Shown here: piece after piece, positions 38,240 to 50,872 of the stretch
Position numbering within the stretch: position 1 is the stretch's first letter
Layout of the letters: the number at the start of each line of letters is the position of its first letter
Assembly: GCF_001194135.2 (NCBI RefSeq)
Contig: NC_068989.1
Span: 94,045,992-94,109,991 of the forward strand
Reading direction: 5' to 3'
Source: Octopus bimaculoides
Lineage: Eukaryota
DNA length: 64,000 nucleotides
Translations under genes and position numbers: made by a program
Notes under the pieces: generated by a model
What the model was told of the DNA's origin: nothing
The model's input: the letters and a program-made list of their open reading frames with translations, nothing else
Database searches by the model: none

Positions 38240-40709
38240 CCCTTATATGCGTGTATGTATGTATGTACGAGTGTGTTCGTTTACCTAGCATTAGCTTATC
38301 CCCTGTTAACGACGTATTCAGCTTCCTTTTCAATGAGCTTGAGGATAAACATTCCAATTTGTAAATTATATATTAGATCGGCACCAGTTTCCTGATTTAT
38401 CCTGGCAGCTCCTTAAACAACAACCGTATTATTTACATCATACATCCGCTAATATTGCATTCCTCAGTTTCGTCAATAACATTCTACTTAGAATAATTCA
38501 ATAATTCGATGGAACCCTTTTAAGTTAATGAGGTAAGTTTAATTTTTCTGACACTTAACTCCGCCTAAAGTGCTTCGTTATTGGGTAAACGTGAAAGGAA
38601 TAAATAATATTATGTATCAGTGTTTCTGTTGTTATTTACATTGTAATTACTGTTATTGGTTTTAATTTTTTTACTTTTTGTGAAGTGACTTTTACGTTCC
38701 TAACTACGTTGTTGCTTTCCAGGCAATTCTCTGTAGAGAAATTGTTGTTAATGCGATCGCTCTAATCACTGATACATGGAGTGTCAACTCTGTTTGGTGT
38801 ATTTGCAGCCGTTATCACAAACATACTGTTAGTGTTTCTCCTTTGTTGATAGAGCTATTAGGTTGAAGCTTACACATTAAATGACAAATTACTGTCAAAC
38901 AAAAACTAAATGGCTGTAAGCCTTATCGATTATTTATTTACTAGTCAAGAGAAGTTGAAATTGCATATGATCGAGTGACAAATAAAATATAAGCAATAGA
39001 AAACTAAATGAAGAGAGAACAACTACAAACGAGACACCGTGTTTTATTGCTAGTTGAGTTAGGTCACACAGCATTTGGAATGCTTCGATATCTACAATCA
39101 ATATAGAAATAACATACACAAACAGACACACACACACTCTCATACACGTAGGCAAAGGCAAGCAGGTGCATACACACGCAGATTGTGTCTACGTTAGTAT
39201 TCGTTTTGCCTTATAGCACAGTTAAGCGAACATGCACGGAAGATAGCAAGTTTATATAATGACAACGTTGGCTTCTTATATTTGCGTTTATCTATTCATA
39301 AATAAAAGCTCATGTTCATGCGAACATTTTGTAGCGTGTGTTCTTCTTAATGCTGTTGTTGTTGCTGCTAATGCCGATGTTGTTTATTGCAATGCTATTC
39401 CTTTTCAAGAAAACTGATGATCAAAGACGTCAAGCCGTAGGCACCACCGTTCAAACCACAAAACTTATATTTCTTGCTTCATGCTCTATCAACTATTATA
39501 TTTGTATGATGCCTTGCTTATATATATATAGTTAGATAGGAGAGGTGGTAAATATCTTTGGATTGTAAGTGCATATGTATGAGAATGTTTAGTTGTTTGT
39601 ATTTTTCCTTGTTTTTGAAGGATTGTTTATCTAAAATGTATATTTGCAGACCTAGAAAATGCAATGACTTCGTGTACACCATTAAGATGATGAGAGCAAT
39701 TACGTGTGAGCGAATTATTAAATACTCGTTTGATTATATACACCGACACTGACATTTACAGGAAGTGTGTATATTTACACATATGCAGTAATAGGAGTAA
39801 TAAACTAAAGGAATGTTTAATTACGTGAATGTATTATAGACAATCGTTGGAAGACAAGGCCGATTATTACATGAAGTTTCTTCAGTGCATGTAATAAAAT
39901 TTAGAAAGGTTCATGTCGTTTCTGAGACAAATTACTTGACTATAAAATTCAAAACAAGTGTTCGCCCGAAGACGATACAAATTTTGTTCTGGGTACCTAG
40001 ACACTAGTGAAAGTAAACGAGAGCTTTCTGTGTTCTTCACAAGAGGAATTAACATTCAGGGATAGAAAGGAAATAACCCACCTGCGAAACTTCCAGACAA
40101 TGAATCTTGCAAAAGAATTCTGCACAGGAGGCATGCTTCGCTTTACGAGATTAAATTCGGGAAGAGGTGGACTATAAGTTGCGAAATTAATTCGCAATTA
40201 ATCAATTAATCAATGCCTGCATATTTATGTGGCAAGTAATGTGATATGTTGAATCAAAGCAGATGTCTTGCAATGCAAACATAATCTGCCTGATACGGGG
40301 AAGTTGTAACATATTTTCAATTTTGCTCATTATGTCATCAAGATTTAGTCTTAGCCCTCTAAGCTGCTATCATTAATTAAATATTTAGAAGTACAAACCA
40401 TAGAACAACGAATAAATGCGTCAACCAAATGCAAGGATACAAAAGTAGTGCATAATGAATTGTACGTCGAAAAAACGAGGCAAAGGAAAGGATTAGACTG
40501 GCAATTTTGGGCCAGCCTTTCATGAAGATAAAATTACAGAGAAATAATACTAATGATATAAAACAGAGGCAAGAAAAACAACGATATCTGTGTAACTTAC
40601 AACTACAAACTTACAACTACAAACTGCAGAATGGATATATGAGTGTATTTGTGTGTGTCTGCATCTATACATACACGCACGCACGCACGCACACGCACAC
40701 ACACACACG

Positions 40710-40745
<36 letters not shown>

Positions 40746-41664
40746 NNNNNNNNNNNNNNNNNNNNNNNNNNNNNNNNNNNNNNNNNNNNNNNNNNNNNNN
40801 NNNNNNNNNNNNNNNNNNNNNNNNNNNNNTATATATAAAAGAATGAATATTTCTAGGCCATTTTTATTTATGGCCTATGTAAACAACATAATCCACAACC
40901 TGAAAATTATTAGAGAAATATTATGTATGTAGATGACACATCGTTTAATACATCGCCCAGAATACTACGCTCATAAAATTTAAAAAGTAACTCGAGTTTC
41001 GCACCTCTCAAAACCTGTTACATGCTCTTTCGTCATTCTCATAAATGTATTTCTCTCATCGTTCACTCGTCGCTCGAATATGACAGTATTTGTATTGTAT
41101 ATGTGAATAATTTAACATTTCTGCGAAACACCGTTAAAACTTAAATGGAGACCGAATATTTATCTCATCTTCAGTGAAATACACTAAGTTATTGATATCC
41201 TCTCTCAATTGAAAACATAACACACACCAGTCTTGAGACAAGTTTTAAATAGGCGATATACCTCTGGCCGTAATAACTGTTGCAATTCCTGAGTGTGAAA
41301 GTATAAGCTTTCAAACTATTGATTAACACTTTCGCACACCTAATTTTGTAATAAGTTTCATCTCGGTGTGTTGGCTCCTAGGTTAATGCAAACGACGTTA
41401 AAAAATGATGAACACTCAAAGTATTTCTAAAGATGTTTACTAATAAATTCGTTTTAAATAGTCATCCTTAAATATTTATTAAAATAGTAAATTAACTATA
41501 TCGACATGGCACATAAAACCCAGTAACTTTGTAAAAAAAAAAATGAAAATCGTTGCTCTTTCATTAAATTATGTAATTTTTGGAAATTATTCAAATCCTA
41601 ATCTTCTTGAGTCTTTAATCCGTGTTTCCGGCCAAGGGGAACCGAAACAAAATATTCTGAACAA

Positions 41665-41897
41665 ACACTTATTACATTAGACGGATATTTGTCCTCATTT
41701 TGTTTGTTGTTACCACAACGTTTTGGCTGATTTACACTCCAGCCTTCATCAGGTGTCTTGGGGAAATTTTGAACCTGGGTTCTCCTTCCTAAGGTATTTT
41801 TGAATGTTATTATTATTATTATTCAGGTCATTGCCTGGAATCCAACTCGGAATCTTGGGGTTAGTAGCCTACGCTCTTAACCACTACGGCATATGCA
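41665..41897 (-). mobile_element. tRNA-headed SINE with hammerhead-like tail (left copy)
   Basis: Reverse complement: GTAGTGGTTAAGAGCG A box, GAGTTGGATTCC B box, (TAA)n, then GACAC-CTGATGA-A-GGCTG...CAGCC-AAAA-CGTT-GTG. Confidence 0.85.
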
Positions 41898-41951
41898 ATT
41901 CACTGCACCGTGAACGCCTTCTGATTTCCATCTTTGCCATTGAACTATCTA

Positions 41952-42135
41952 AAGGATAGTGGTTAAGAGCGCGGGCGACTAATCCCAAGATTCCGAGTTT
42001 GATTCTAGGCAGTGACCTGAATGATAATAATAATAAACTTCGAAAAATACCTTAGGAATGAGAACCCAGGTTTGATATTTCCCCAAGACACCTGATGAAG
42101 GCTGCAGGGTATATCAGCCGAAAGGTTGTGTTAAC
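41952..42135 (+). mobile_element. tRNA-headed SINE with hammerhead-like tail (right copy, inverted relative to left)
   Basis: GGATAGTGGTTAAGAGCG A box, GAGTTTGATTCT B box, (TAA)n, hammerhead motif at 42086-42132. Confidence 0.85.
42086..42132 (+). ncRNA. Minimal type I hammerhead-like motif (degenerate)
   Basis: Stem I GACAC/GTGTT, core CTGATGA, stem II GGCTG/CAGCC, GAAA, then GGTT (the other copy has the palindromic CGTT). Confidence 0.55.
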
Positions 42136-45100
42136 CCCCCCCTCCCCCGCACCCAGTCGCAGGGGCCCCACTACTGATATTGAGGGTTGCGTTCTATGCC
42201 TTGACCGGAGCATAGAACGGGGTTCGCCGCTTTGAGGGTACCCCCTCCTAAAAAAATGGGGAATAGTCCTGAGTATATGAAAGACTGTATTTATTTGCAC
42301 AGTCAGAACGTTTCTCGCCTTAGGCCATACACGGTGCTGAGAATAACCAGAAAGGAAGAACTGCATTCACCGATTACGCTAGAGGGAACTTTGAAATTAC
42401 TCGCTGATTCTAAATACTTCTTAAGCTCATATGAAGAACTGCTGCCATCATCTGCAACGCTATCTATATATATGCAGATAATCCTTATCATTCTACACTA
42501 TATTTTCGCTCCAAACATTAATCTATCAAAAATCTGTACATCTTCCGTCAAATTGTCATTTACCCATCAATTGAAATTTCGTGAAACATCACATAATGAT
42601 GCTGTCTCCTTGACCAGTAGATTAACATTATCACAAAATATGTCACCAAAACATATTTTCTAAACTAAGAGCCCAACACTGGAACACAGATTATTACAAA
42701 CGCTAGATTTCATCATCACTGGGTATCCCTACTAACGAATAAATATCCTCAGTTTATAAAATGCTGCCTCACAAAATTCAACCTTTCTGTTTATGGTTGG
42801 AAAATACCTTACCCTACAAATATTGATCATCTACATAATATCATTTACTACACCCAGATATGAACTATCAAATCTCGAATGGCGCTGTTGCATTTACATG
42901 CACAAACATCATAGACTGTATCCAAAACAAGCAACTCAACGAATAGGCATAGCATCGCTCACACTTTTATTTGTGGATTAAAGCTGTGTTTATTTCAAAT
43001 AAACTTTTATCCCGTTGGTTGTTTTGAAAGGTACTTACGATCGAGATTTGATTTATCGTTACGTAAAAAAAGTGTAGGCTCAACAATAAGGCTTTATAGT
43101 ATCGCTTTTCAATTTAAGGGAAAATTAGTTGATTACATAATTTATTCATGCGTGTCTTGTTTATTGAAGCAGAGGACTGCCTTAGNNNNNNNNNNGCATG
43201 AAGACAGCAGTAACTTTGCATCACATGGAAGATACTCTTGTGCTACTTCAAACGCTTACTTCCCACCATCTTGTATAAGCGTCATCACATTTCATTCCTA
43301 ACATACAAAAATTCGTAATTTGAAAATTTATGACTTTTATCCACAATTTTGATTTAAACAAAAAACTAAAAAAAAACCCCATTATTTTTCGAAGAATCTT
43401 TGTATTTTGTAATATCAAAACTATTTCTATTTGTGGTTACTGTCTGAAATATAAATTAATAAGATCATAAATGATTAAACGGTCAAATAAAGTGTGCATT
43501 TAAAAAAAATAAACTGTAGTTTTACTTATTAACTAGTAAATATTTTAGTAGAATAGTAGCATCAACCATGCGGTAATTGCTCATTACACACTGCGTTTGC
43601 TTCCTCTGAGACCAATTTTGTATTCCATTATTTGGAAGTCGATCAAATTAAAGACCCATTTCAATACTGATCCTCATTTGGAAAGCTTTAGTTCCTCCAA
43701 AATTATTTGACTTTTCGCCATTATTAGAATTTTTATTTAGATTAATTCCGCAAGCGCAACACAGAAAAACGATAGCTTGTTATAACTAATAATATAGCTT
43801 GTTATAACTAATAATAATTAATTCTAATTAAAAATATTGCTTTGAAGTTCTATTTCAAAACGGCTGTATCAATTTTATACTCCATTTTGTTTACTAAATA
43901 ATCATAGGAAGAACGTCAGTAAAGATAACCACTTACACAGTTAATTATTCACTGACGTTCTTAGTTTGATATATAACAAATTGGTCGATGGTGATAGAGA
44001 ACCAAATTTTATCATTTGCACTAATACCAGGTCGGTAATATACCACCCTTGCTATACTAAAATTATTATCAACACCATAGTTAATAGAGTGGCAGTAACG
44101 AAAGCTACCCTGAAAATATTTACCTACTACATATATGGAAATTTACACAGTAAATTCTCAATATTAGATGTTAATGTAATAATCGATTAAAGTTCGTGTG
44201 TTGCAGTCGATTTAGAATTCGTTGAAGCTTAGGAGCAATATTTTGATTATTTTTTAAAAAATCGAAGCTTTTATGTTCAACATTATTCTTCGAACGATTT
44301 TATGTTATTTTAATTTCGGCTGATTTCTTTTTTTTTTTTATGTAGCAAGCATACATTTTTGACTATTTCCTTTTAGAAATTAATTGATAAACCTAAGATA
44401 AATACATGATACATGTAGTTGTAATGGTAAGCAATAAGAATCCCCTGTGTTACTGCTAGAGAGTAAGTTCCATACTTGGCGGACTTTAGAGGAAGCTACT
44501 AACAGGCGATTTTCGGGATGTGACTGTTCAATGATGCATTGTAGCAAAACACTTTTCCCGTGAAATGTCAGAGTGTGTCATGTCAATAGTTTTATGACAT
44601 TTGTTGATGAAAACACACAAATATTCAAGTACACCCATGCATACAAAGAGTCATAAAGAGGCACATGCACAATGTAGAATTGCGAAAGAATCACTAAAAT
44701 AAATTTTGTTCAAAAGATAATATGAAACGTAAAAGTTGAAAATAAATTGCCACACAGCATCAATTCTACTGCATGGTTAACAAAAATGAAACGCTACTGT
44801 AGCGTTATTTAGTTGTTCTTTTGTAATAAAGGCTTTAATTCTGTCTTTGAAATTTGCTTTGATGACAATAGGCGTCGTGAAATGTCATTGCAGATGAGTG
44901 AAAGACGCGTAATTGAACAAGTGTGAAATAATGCCAATAAATAAATAGATAATAGTAATACGAATACTAATATCAGTAGTTAACTGTTTAAGCTTTCACG
45001 TGAGCATAAACTACGGTTTTAGCAGATGTCCAGAATTGTATTTTAACATAGTTGTTATTGTACTAAATAGAATACAAAAGGGAAATCAATAGCGTTTGAA

Positions 45101-45496
45101 GAACAGTCTATGAACTGACATGATTTCATGAAATAACATAAAACTTCAGAAAATGTACGTAAAGATAACTTGACGGAAGAGATATGCATTACGTAAATTG
45201 TAGGATGGAAAAAGAACAAACGCAATTCGTGTTTTTAATATAATTTGCACGCAATCAAGGCAGTAAATTGTAATATGCTTCCCGAATCTGTCAGAAGACA
45301 ATCATGTAATAAAATAATTGTTTGAAAAAAAATTATGGTAATTGAATTGGAGAAGAATGCTAGAAATATATAAAATTAGACAAATTGTCAATGTTGCATT
45401 GTATTAGGTATACGGTTTTGCATTTAAGAAAAGATTCAGAAATGGGAGGAGTTGAGCTGAGAATATTTAGAGGAAAATGTATCACGCTCTCTGGTA

Positions 45497-45550
<54 letters not shown>
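45497..45550. repeat. (TAA)n microsatellite
   Basis: About 17 TAA units. Confidence 0.95.
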
Positions 45551-45551
<1 letters not shown>

Positions 45552-45659
45552 GTAACAACCATAGTAATAATGAAGATGATGATAATCATGATCATGATGA
45601 TACTCGACAAGAAATGAAAAGAAAATTAAAAGAAGAAAATATCATCATAATCATGATGC

Positions 45660-46910
45660 ACACGATGAGAAAGACTTGGGTTCTCTGATTCCCATAGTAA
45701 GGTTGTTCAGCAAGGATATTGAAATATCGCTTGGGGTAAATAAGTGCACATTGCGAACTAGGAAATGAGACCGGATAAACTCTGATGGCATAAAATTACG
45801 GAGATTCTCACATCACCGAGGAATATAAAGCGATGCAAATACTTAGGGGTGATGCAAGCCGAAAAGATTAGGGGAAGGATAAATGAGAGAGAGACATCTC
45901 AAAAGAATACGAAAGGAGAATAGTGAAGATGCTCAGAACAAAATTGAAACATATCATTAAAACATATCACATATTTAGATACACAACTCCCTTTCTGAAA
46001 TAGACAAAGGTCGAGCTACAGAACTTGTGCAGAACTATAAAGCTTCTCACAATGCACAACCTATGCTACCCTAAAACTAATACCGACAGATTCTATTTGC
46101 CAAGAAATAAAGGAGGCTGAAGATTATTAAACGGAAGAGACCCCATTGATATTGCGGTTAAAAAATTATGTTGTGCGGAGTGAAGACAGAATTGAATTGA
46201 GAATTAGAGATGCCAAAAATGTTATTGAAAGAATAGGGGAATTCCAGAACAGAAAGAACATAGCAAGTAGATGGACAGACATTGAATTACATGGCTAACT
46301 GATGCAACAATGCAAGGATTCTGGAAGTAAAGAACGTTGGTTGTGGCTAACAGACAGAAACCTGAAACGAGAGAGGCAAGCGCTAATTACAACCGCTCGG
46401 AAACAACCAATCATGATGAATGTGTAAAAAACACAAAGACTGACAAAACTTATTCAGACAGCAAATGTAGAATGTGCAAGAATGGTGACGAAAGTATGAA
46501 TCGTCTTTTACGTAAGTACAGTAAGAATACACATAAAGAGTATAAGCGTGAGCAAAATTGTGTAGGTATAACAATGTGTGTGGCTTGGAAATGAAGCAAA
46601 ATTTGTAATAGGAAATGAGAAGTATAAGATCTTACGTGACTTACCCATAAAGACTGGGCATACTATTAAACCCAGAAAACCAGATATGATCATAGAGGAA
46701 AAAATATACAAACGGTGTGAGATCATAGACTTTGCAATTCCCAAACAATCTGAAAAACCTGAGAAACATAAAGTCTAGCCAGGGAAGCGAAGAAACTGTG
46801 AAAGACAAATATAATTACTCCTGTGGTAACTGGTGCACTTCGCATAGCACCCAATATACAATCTAAAAAACTGAAAGAGACTGGGTTTGAGACTCGTTCT
46901 CAAACTACCG
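45660..46910 (+). mobile_element. R4/Dong-type non-LTR retrotransposon relic (RT thumb, CCHC, REL endonuclease)
   Basis: EKDLGSLI..VRLFSKDI, KYLGVMQAEKI, LTMHNLCYPK..TDRFYLPRNKGG, SKCRMCK, NEKYKIL.D.PIKT.HTIK.RKPDMII...C.IIDFAIP. Confidence 0.88.
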
Positions 46911-47249
46911 AAACAGCATTTTCGTTATATAAATTTCGATGTAACTCAGAACAAGTAAGGAAAAGTACTACAAGGTACATATTTTGACACCATATCGATG
47001 GTGAACACTATAAAAGTTTTTTCTTAAAGTTGTTTATTTTTTAGCTGAAAGTGTAGGACATGTGGACATTTTTAAAGTCTCTTACTCTTATGGTACAAAG
47101 CTTGGAAATTATGAGAACAGAGACGTTGGCTAAATAATTGTAACTGTGGTAAATATTTATAATTAATATTTAGCGAAAATCATCAAAACTTGAAGGACTG
47201 GAGATCAATTCGACACATGAATTTGAAATATTGATATACATACACACAA

Positions 47250-47284
<35 letters not shown>

Positions 47285-48392
47285 TNNNNNNNNNNNNNNN
47301 NNNNNNNNNNNNNNNNNNNNNNNNNNNNNNNNNNNNNNNNNNNNNNNNNNNNNNNNNNNNNNNNNNNNNNNNNNNNNNNNNNNNNATATATATTTATATG
47401 TATGTATATATGTATATAGCTTTCAGAAATGAATGACACATTCCAAAGAAACGTAAATATTTTCAAACAAACAACATTCTTTTGGATAGTTAAACAATAG
47501 AACTATAGAAGTAGGTAGTAATTCGAGAGGAAGTACAATGATTTCAGAGAAAAAAATATTTGAAGGAGAAAACACTCATGGAACAAATCCAATAAATCAG
47601 AGAACAAAATCTAAACCTATTTATGTTATGACAATTGATAAGTACCACAGAAGAAAATATGATATAAGCCACCTCGTGAGAAAACGGCAACTGTAAGCTT
47701 CAGCAAAATCGAAAATGTCTGGATAAATCATCGACATATTTTACATACAAATGCGAGCAATTTTTTTCGATTAAGATACTATATATAAAACATAATGTTG
47801 TAAGATATACACAAATATGTTAGGAAAAGTAAAGATAGATTATAACAGCAGCGAAGAAAATAAATAGGCATATACCTAAGTAGAAAATGGTTAAAGACAT
47901 ACTCTAGATAAAATCATGTACACTTGGTATATAGAGGGACAGTCATAGTCTTATAACTAAGAAGTTTACTTCTCATTTAGACGATTTCATAGTTAGACAG
48001 CAATTTGCTGCAACTATGAATAAATGTCTGCTAGTTTAAATCTTGGCTTGACAGAAAGTCATGGAGCGGAGTTTTGTAGACGTAATTGTTAAGTAACATC
48101 TTGCGATACTGTCTATTTCCACCAGGAACATACTTTATCTATCGTCAATTTAACAACACCAATCGTCTCTTGGGAGATTTTAGCCGGATCTAATTAATGG
48201 CAGATATTTGGTTTACATCAGCGATCTAAAAATAACAGACTCCGTTCTAACAATTATGGGATCATAGCAAAAGACAAAGAACTCACGTTTCTTCCCCGAC
48301 TGACGCATTAAGATTGGTCAGAAGAAATTAGTGTAGAGAATGGTCAATGGACTGAAATAATAACTTGGACATTGCTTTTTGTATCAGCAGCT

Positions 48393-48448
48393 GAATGATG
48401 ACCTGGGGTGGGGAATATTCGAATGATGACCGGGGGTGGGGGAGATTC
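48393..48448. repeat. 28-bp tandem duplication with four G-runs
   Basis: GAATGATGACCTGGGGTGGGGAATATTC / GAATGATGACCGGGGGTGGGGGAGATTC. Confidence 0.9.
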
Positions 48449-48634
48449 GAAAGAAGAAAGTAAAGTGGAGTAATACATATTGTATTTTACTTCGTTCAAC
48501 ACTGTATTAATTGTGATAGCAATCAGACTCACCTGCGTCAATATAGTAATAAATTTCATAAATTTCCATATCTTATGTTAGGTCCTCCTAAATAAATCTA
48601 GAGTTCTATACATAAATTCGCCCCTACGTTAGGA

Positions 48635-49258
48635 TTTTGGCGAGCATACTTGCCTCCTTCCTCTTCGTCCCCCTTTCCCTCACTTTCTCTCTCTCTCCCT
48701 CCTCTTCGAGTGGGTCCTCAGTGGTGCTGAAATCATTCACATGATAACATGTTCATGTAACAGCTCCCTGCAAAAAAAATTTGCAAGCCTTTTCTAGTAC
48801 TAAGTACAATATGATATGCCATAGATAAATTCCTTCATCGTAAATACGACTGGGTGTTTATAGATAGAAAACTATAGTTTCTTAAAACTGTGAAATGCTG
48901 TTTATAAACTTCGATATCCCAACATATCCCTCGGCATAAATTTTGGCGGGCTTACCTGGTTCCTTCCTCTTCGTCTCCCTTCTCTCTCTCTGTCTCACAC
49001 TCTCCTTCCAGTGGGTCCTCAGTGCTGCTGAAGACATTCACACGTTGACATGTTTATTTAACAGCTCCCCGCAAAAACGTACTTTCTAGTACCTTCTATG
49101 TTTGTTCAAACTTTGAGATGTTCATAGACTTTTATATTTTAAGTACGGTATGATATACCATAGATAAATTCCTTCATCGTAAATACGATGGAACGTTTAT
49201 AGGTAGAATACGATAGCTTCATAAAACTGAGATGCAGTTTATAAACATCGATATCTTA
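48635..49258. repeat. Old tandem duplication of an about 285-320-bp unit
   Basis: Both copies carry CCTTCCTCTTCGTC, AGTGGGTCCTCAGTG.TGCTGAA and CCATAGATAAATTCCTTCATCGTAAATACGA; copy 2 has an extra about 50-bp segment. Confidence 0.85.
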
Positions 49259-49599
49259 GTTATGGTAATCCCAACTTGACGACGCTACTCTTAAAAATCA
49301 CCTACCCCTCACCCTTAATCGACTGCCAGCCATATCAACTAGAAGTTCAATCAAACAGTCTTCCCCTCAATTTAACGCCGCATCAGCAGCAGCAGCTAAA
49401 ACATCAGTCATAAATATGCCTTCATTTGTTGGCTAAAGAAATCAGGGAAGCCAATATTAGGACTCTCGGCCTCATAATAATATAATTATAGCAATAATTG
49501 CGAAACTATAGTAGTGAACTAGGAAACAAAATAGGGATTATAATAATACGAGTGAAATGGTAATAGTGAACAAGAATTACACAAAATGATTAACAATTG

Positions 49600-50200
49600 G
49601 ATACGTGAAACCATCGAGGTCATCAGCGACTAAACTGGCAACACTACTAAGCTTACTTGGTGAGGAGGGCGGATTTTCCACACCCTGCGGGATTAAAAAC
49701 GAAACCCGGCAAAGGGTAGAGGAACTCAGAAGAGTTAATGGTCATTCCGAAAAAGCAGTACAGAGAACTCGTGAGCCTTGTTTGGCAGTCTGTCTAGGAG
49801 AAGGAACATTGATTTAAAAACTGGAGTAGTAGGACTCCTTAGTCACAGTGGGACAACTGTCAGTGTACAATGATACCATGCTTGGGATGAAGGCGAATGA
49901 ACCACGAAACGCGACTTAACTCCGGGACATTATTTGGATGAAGATACGGAACCAACAGACGCACATATATCTCCTAGTGTTAATCAGGATCATGGCCCCC
50001 AACACACAGAAATGCGAAGGGAACAGATCCAATTTATGGAAAGTAAAATCTCTGCAGTCTTGGTTGACTCCTTCACCGAACCAACAGAAGAAGTGTGATA
50101 AAAGGCGAGTATCTGGTGCCTTCAAATAACAGTACTCCGGGTAGGCTGTACTCGTTAGCCTTGGGTGGCAAGCAGCCTAAAAGAAGGATATGCCTGTTCA
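49600..50200 (+). mobile_element. LINE 5'-UTR-like region
   Basis: GCTT.CTTGGTGAGGAGG..ACACCCTGCGGG..AAGGGT.GAGGAAC (also at 52505) and two GGCA..CTGTCTAGGAGAAGG-like motifs recalled from RTE/R4 5' regions. Confidence 0.5.
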
Positions 50201-50215
50201 AATTTACAAAAAGAA

Positions 50216-50872
50216 ATCAAAGCTAATCAACCAGGCATAATAACCAAGAGTGGTAAGAAACACCTGCTTGCTGGTAGACATCGCAGTCAATTCTGATCAA
50301 AACAATTCCCTAAGCACAGAGATCTCGAAACTGAAGTATTCAAGATGTGGGGCATGGAGGTGACAAAAATACCAGTAATAACTTGAGAACTGGGCATGAT
50401 GAAAAACGTGTGAATAAATATATAGAGGCTATACCTGGACCCTCAAATCTACACATTATCCAAAACGTAGATCTACTTGGACCACCTCACATCCTTCACA
50501 AGGCACTATCAATTCAATAGTACAACTCAAGTAAAACAATCCACAAACGCAAGACACGCTATCCAGTAAATATCCAATGAAATAAACAACCCCACAACAT
50601 GTACTCTACAGGTGGGATACCCAACAGAACACAACTTGCATTACAGACGCAGGACACACAATACTAGTACTAATACAACAACAGGCTGCAGCCAAACTCC
50701 ATGACAAAACAAACGAATGCAATATCAGGAAATATTGAGACTTCAACAACAAATAAAAACCAGAACACAGAAGGTTGCTCAAACTCAGCAATACGGAGGT
50801 GTAGCAGAAGACGCAGCACAAATTTGCATGAAATTATCAAATGTCAAATAATAAAAATGATGATAATAATAG
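50216..50872 (+). mobile_element. R4/Dong-type REL endonuclease 3' end plus 3' UTR ending in TAA-like repeats
   Basis: IKANQP.I...CLLVDIAV.SD.N...RDLETEV.KMWG..V..IPVI...LG....EAIPG......LL...HIL.KALSIQ*. Confidence 0.8.

Noticed and set aside
39333-39535. Hydrophobic ORF resembling GPCR TM5-TM6
   Set aside because: Hydrophobicity comes from a degenerate (GTT/GCT)n trinucleotide tract; no family motif
39687-39752. Box C/D snoRNA (ATGATGA ... CTGA)
   Set aside because: No terminal stem and no recognisable rRNA-complementary guide; box C-like motifs at 48394 and 48422 lack a box D
49626-49716. HDV-like ribozyme in the LINE leader (the minus strand contains CCTCCTCAC)
   Set aside because: P3 and P1 pairings could not be built on either strand
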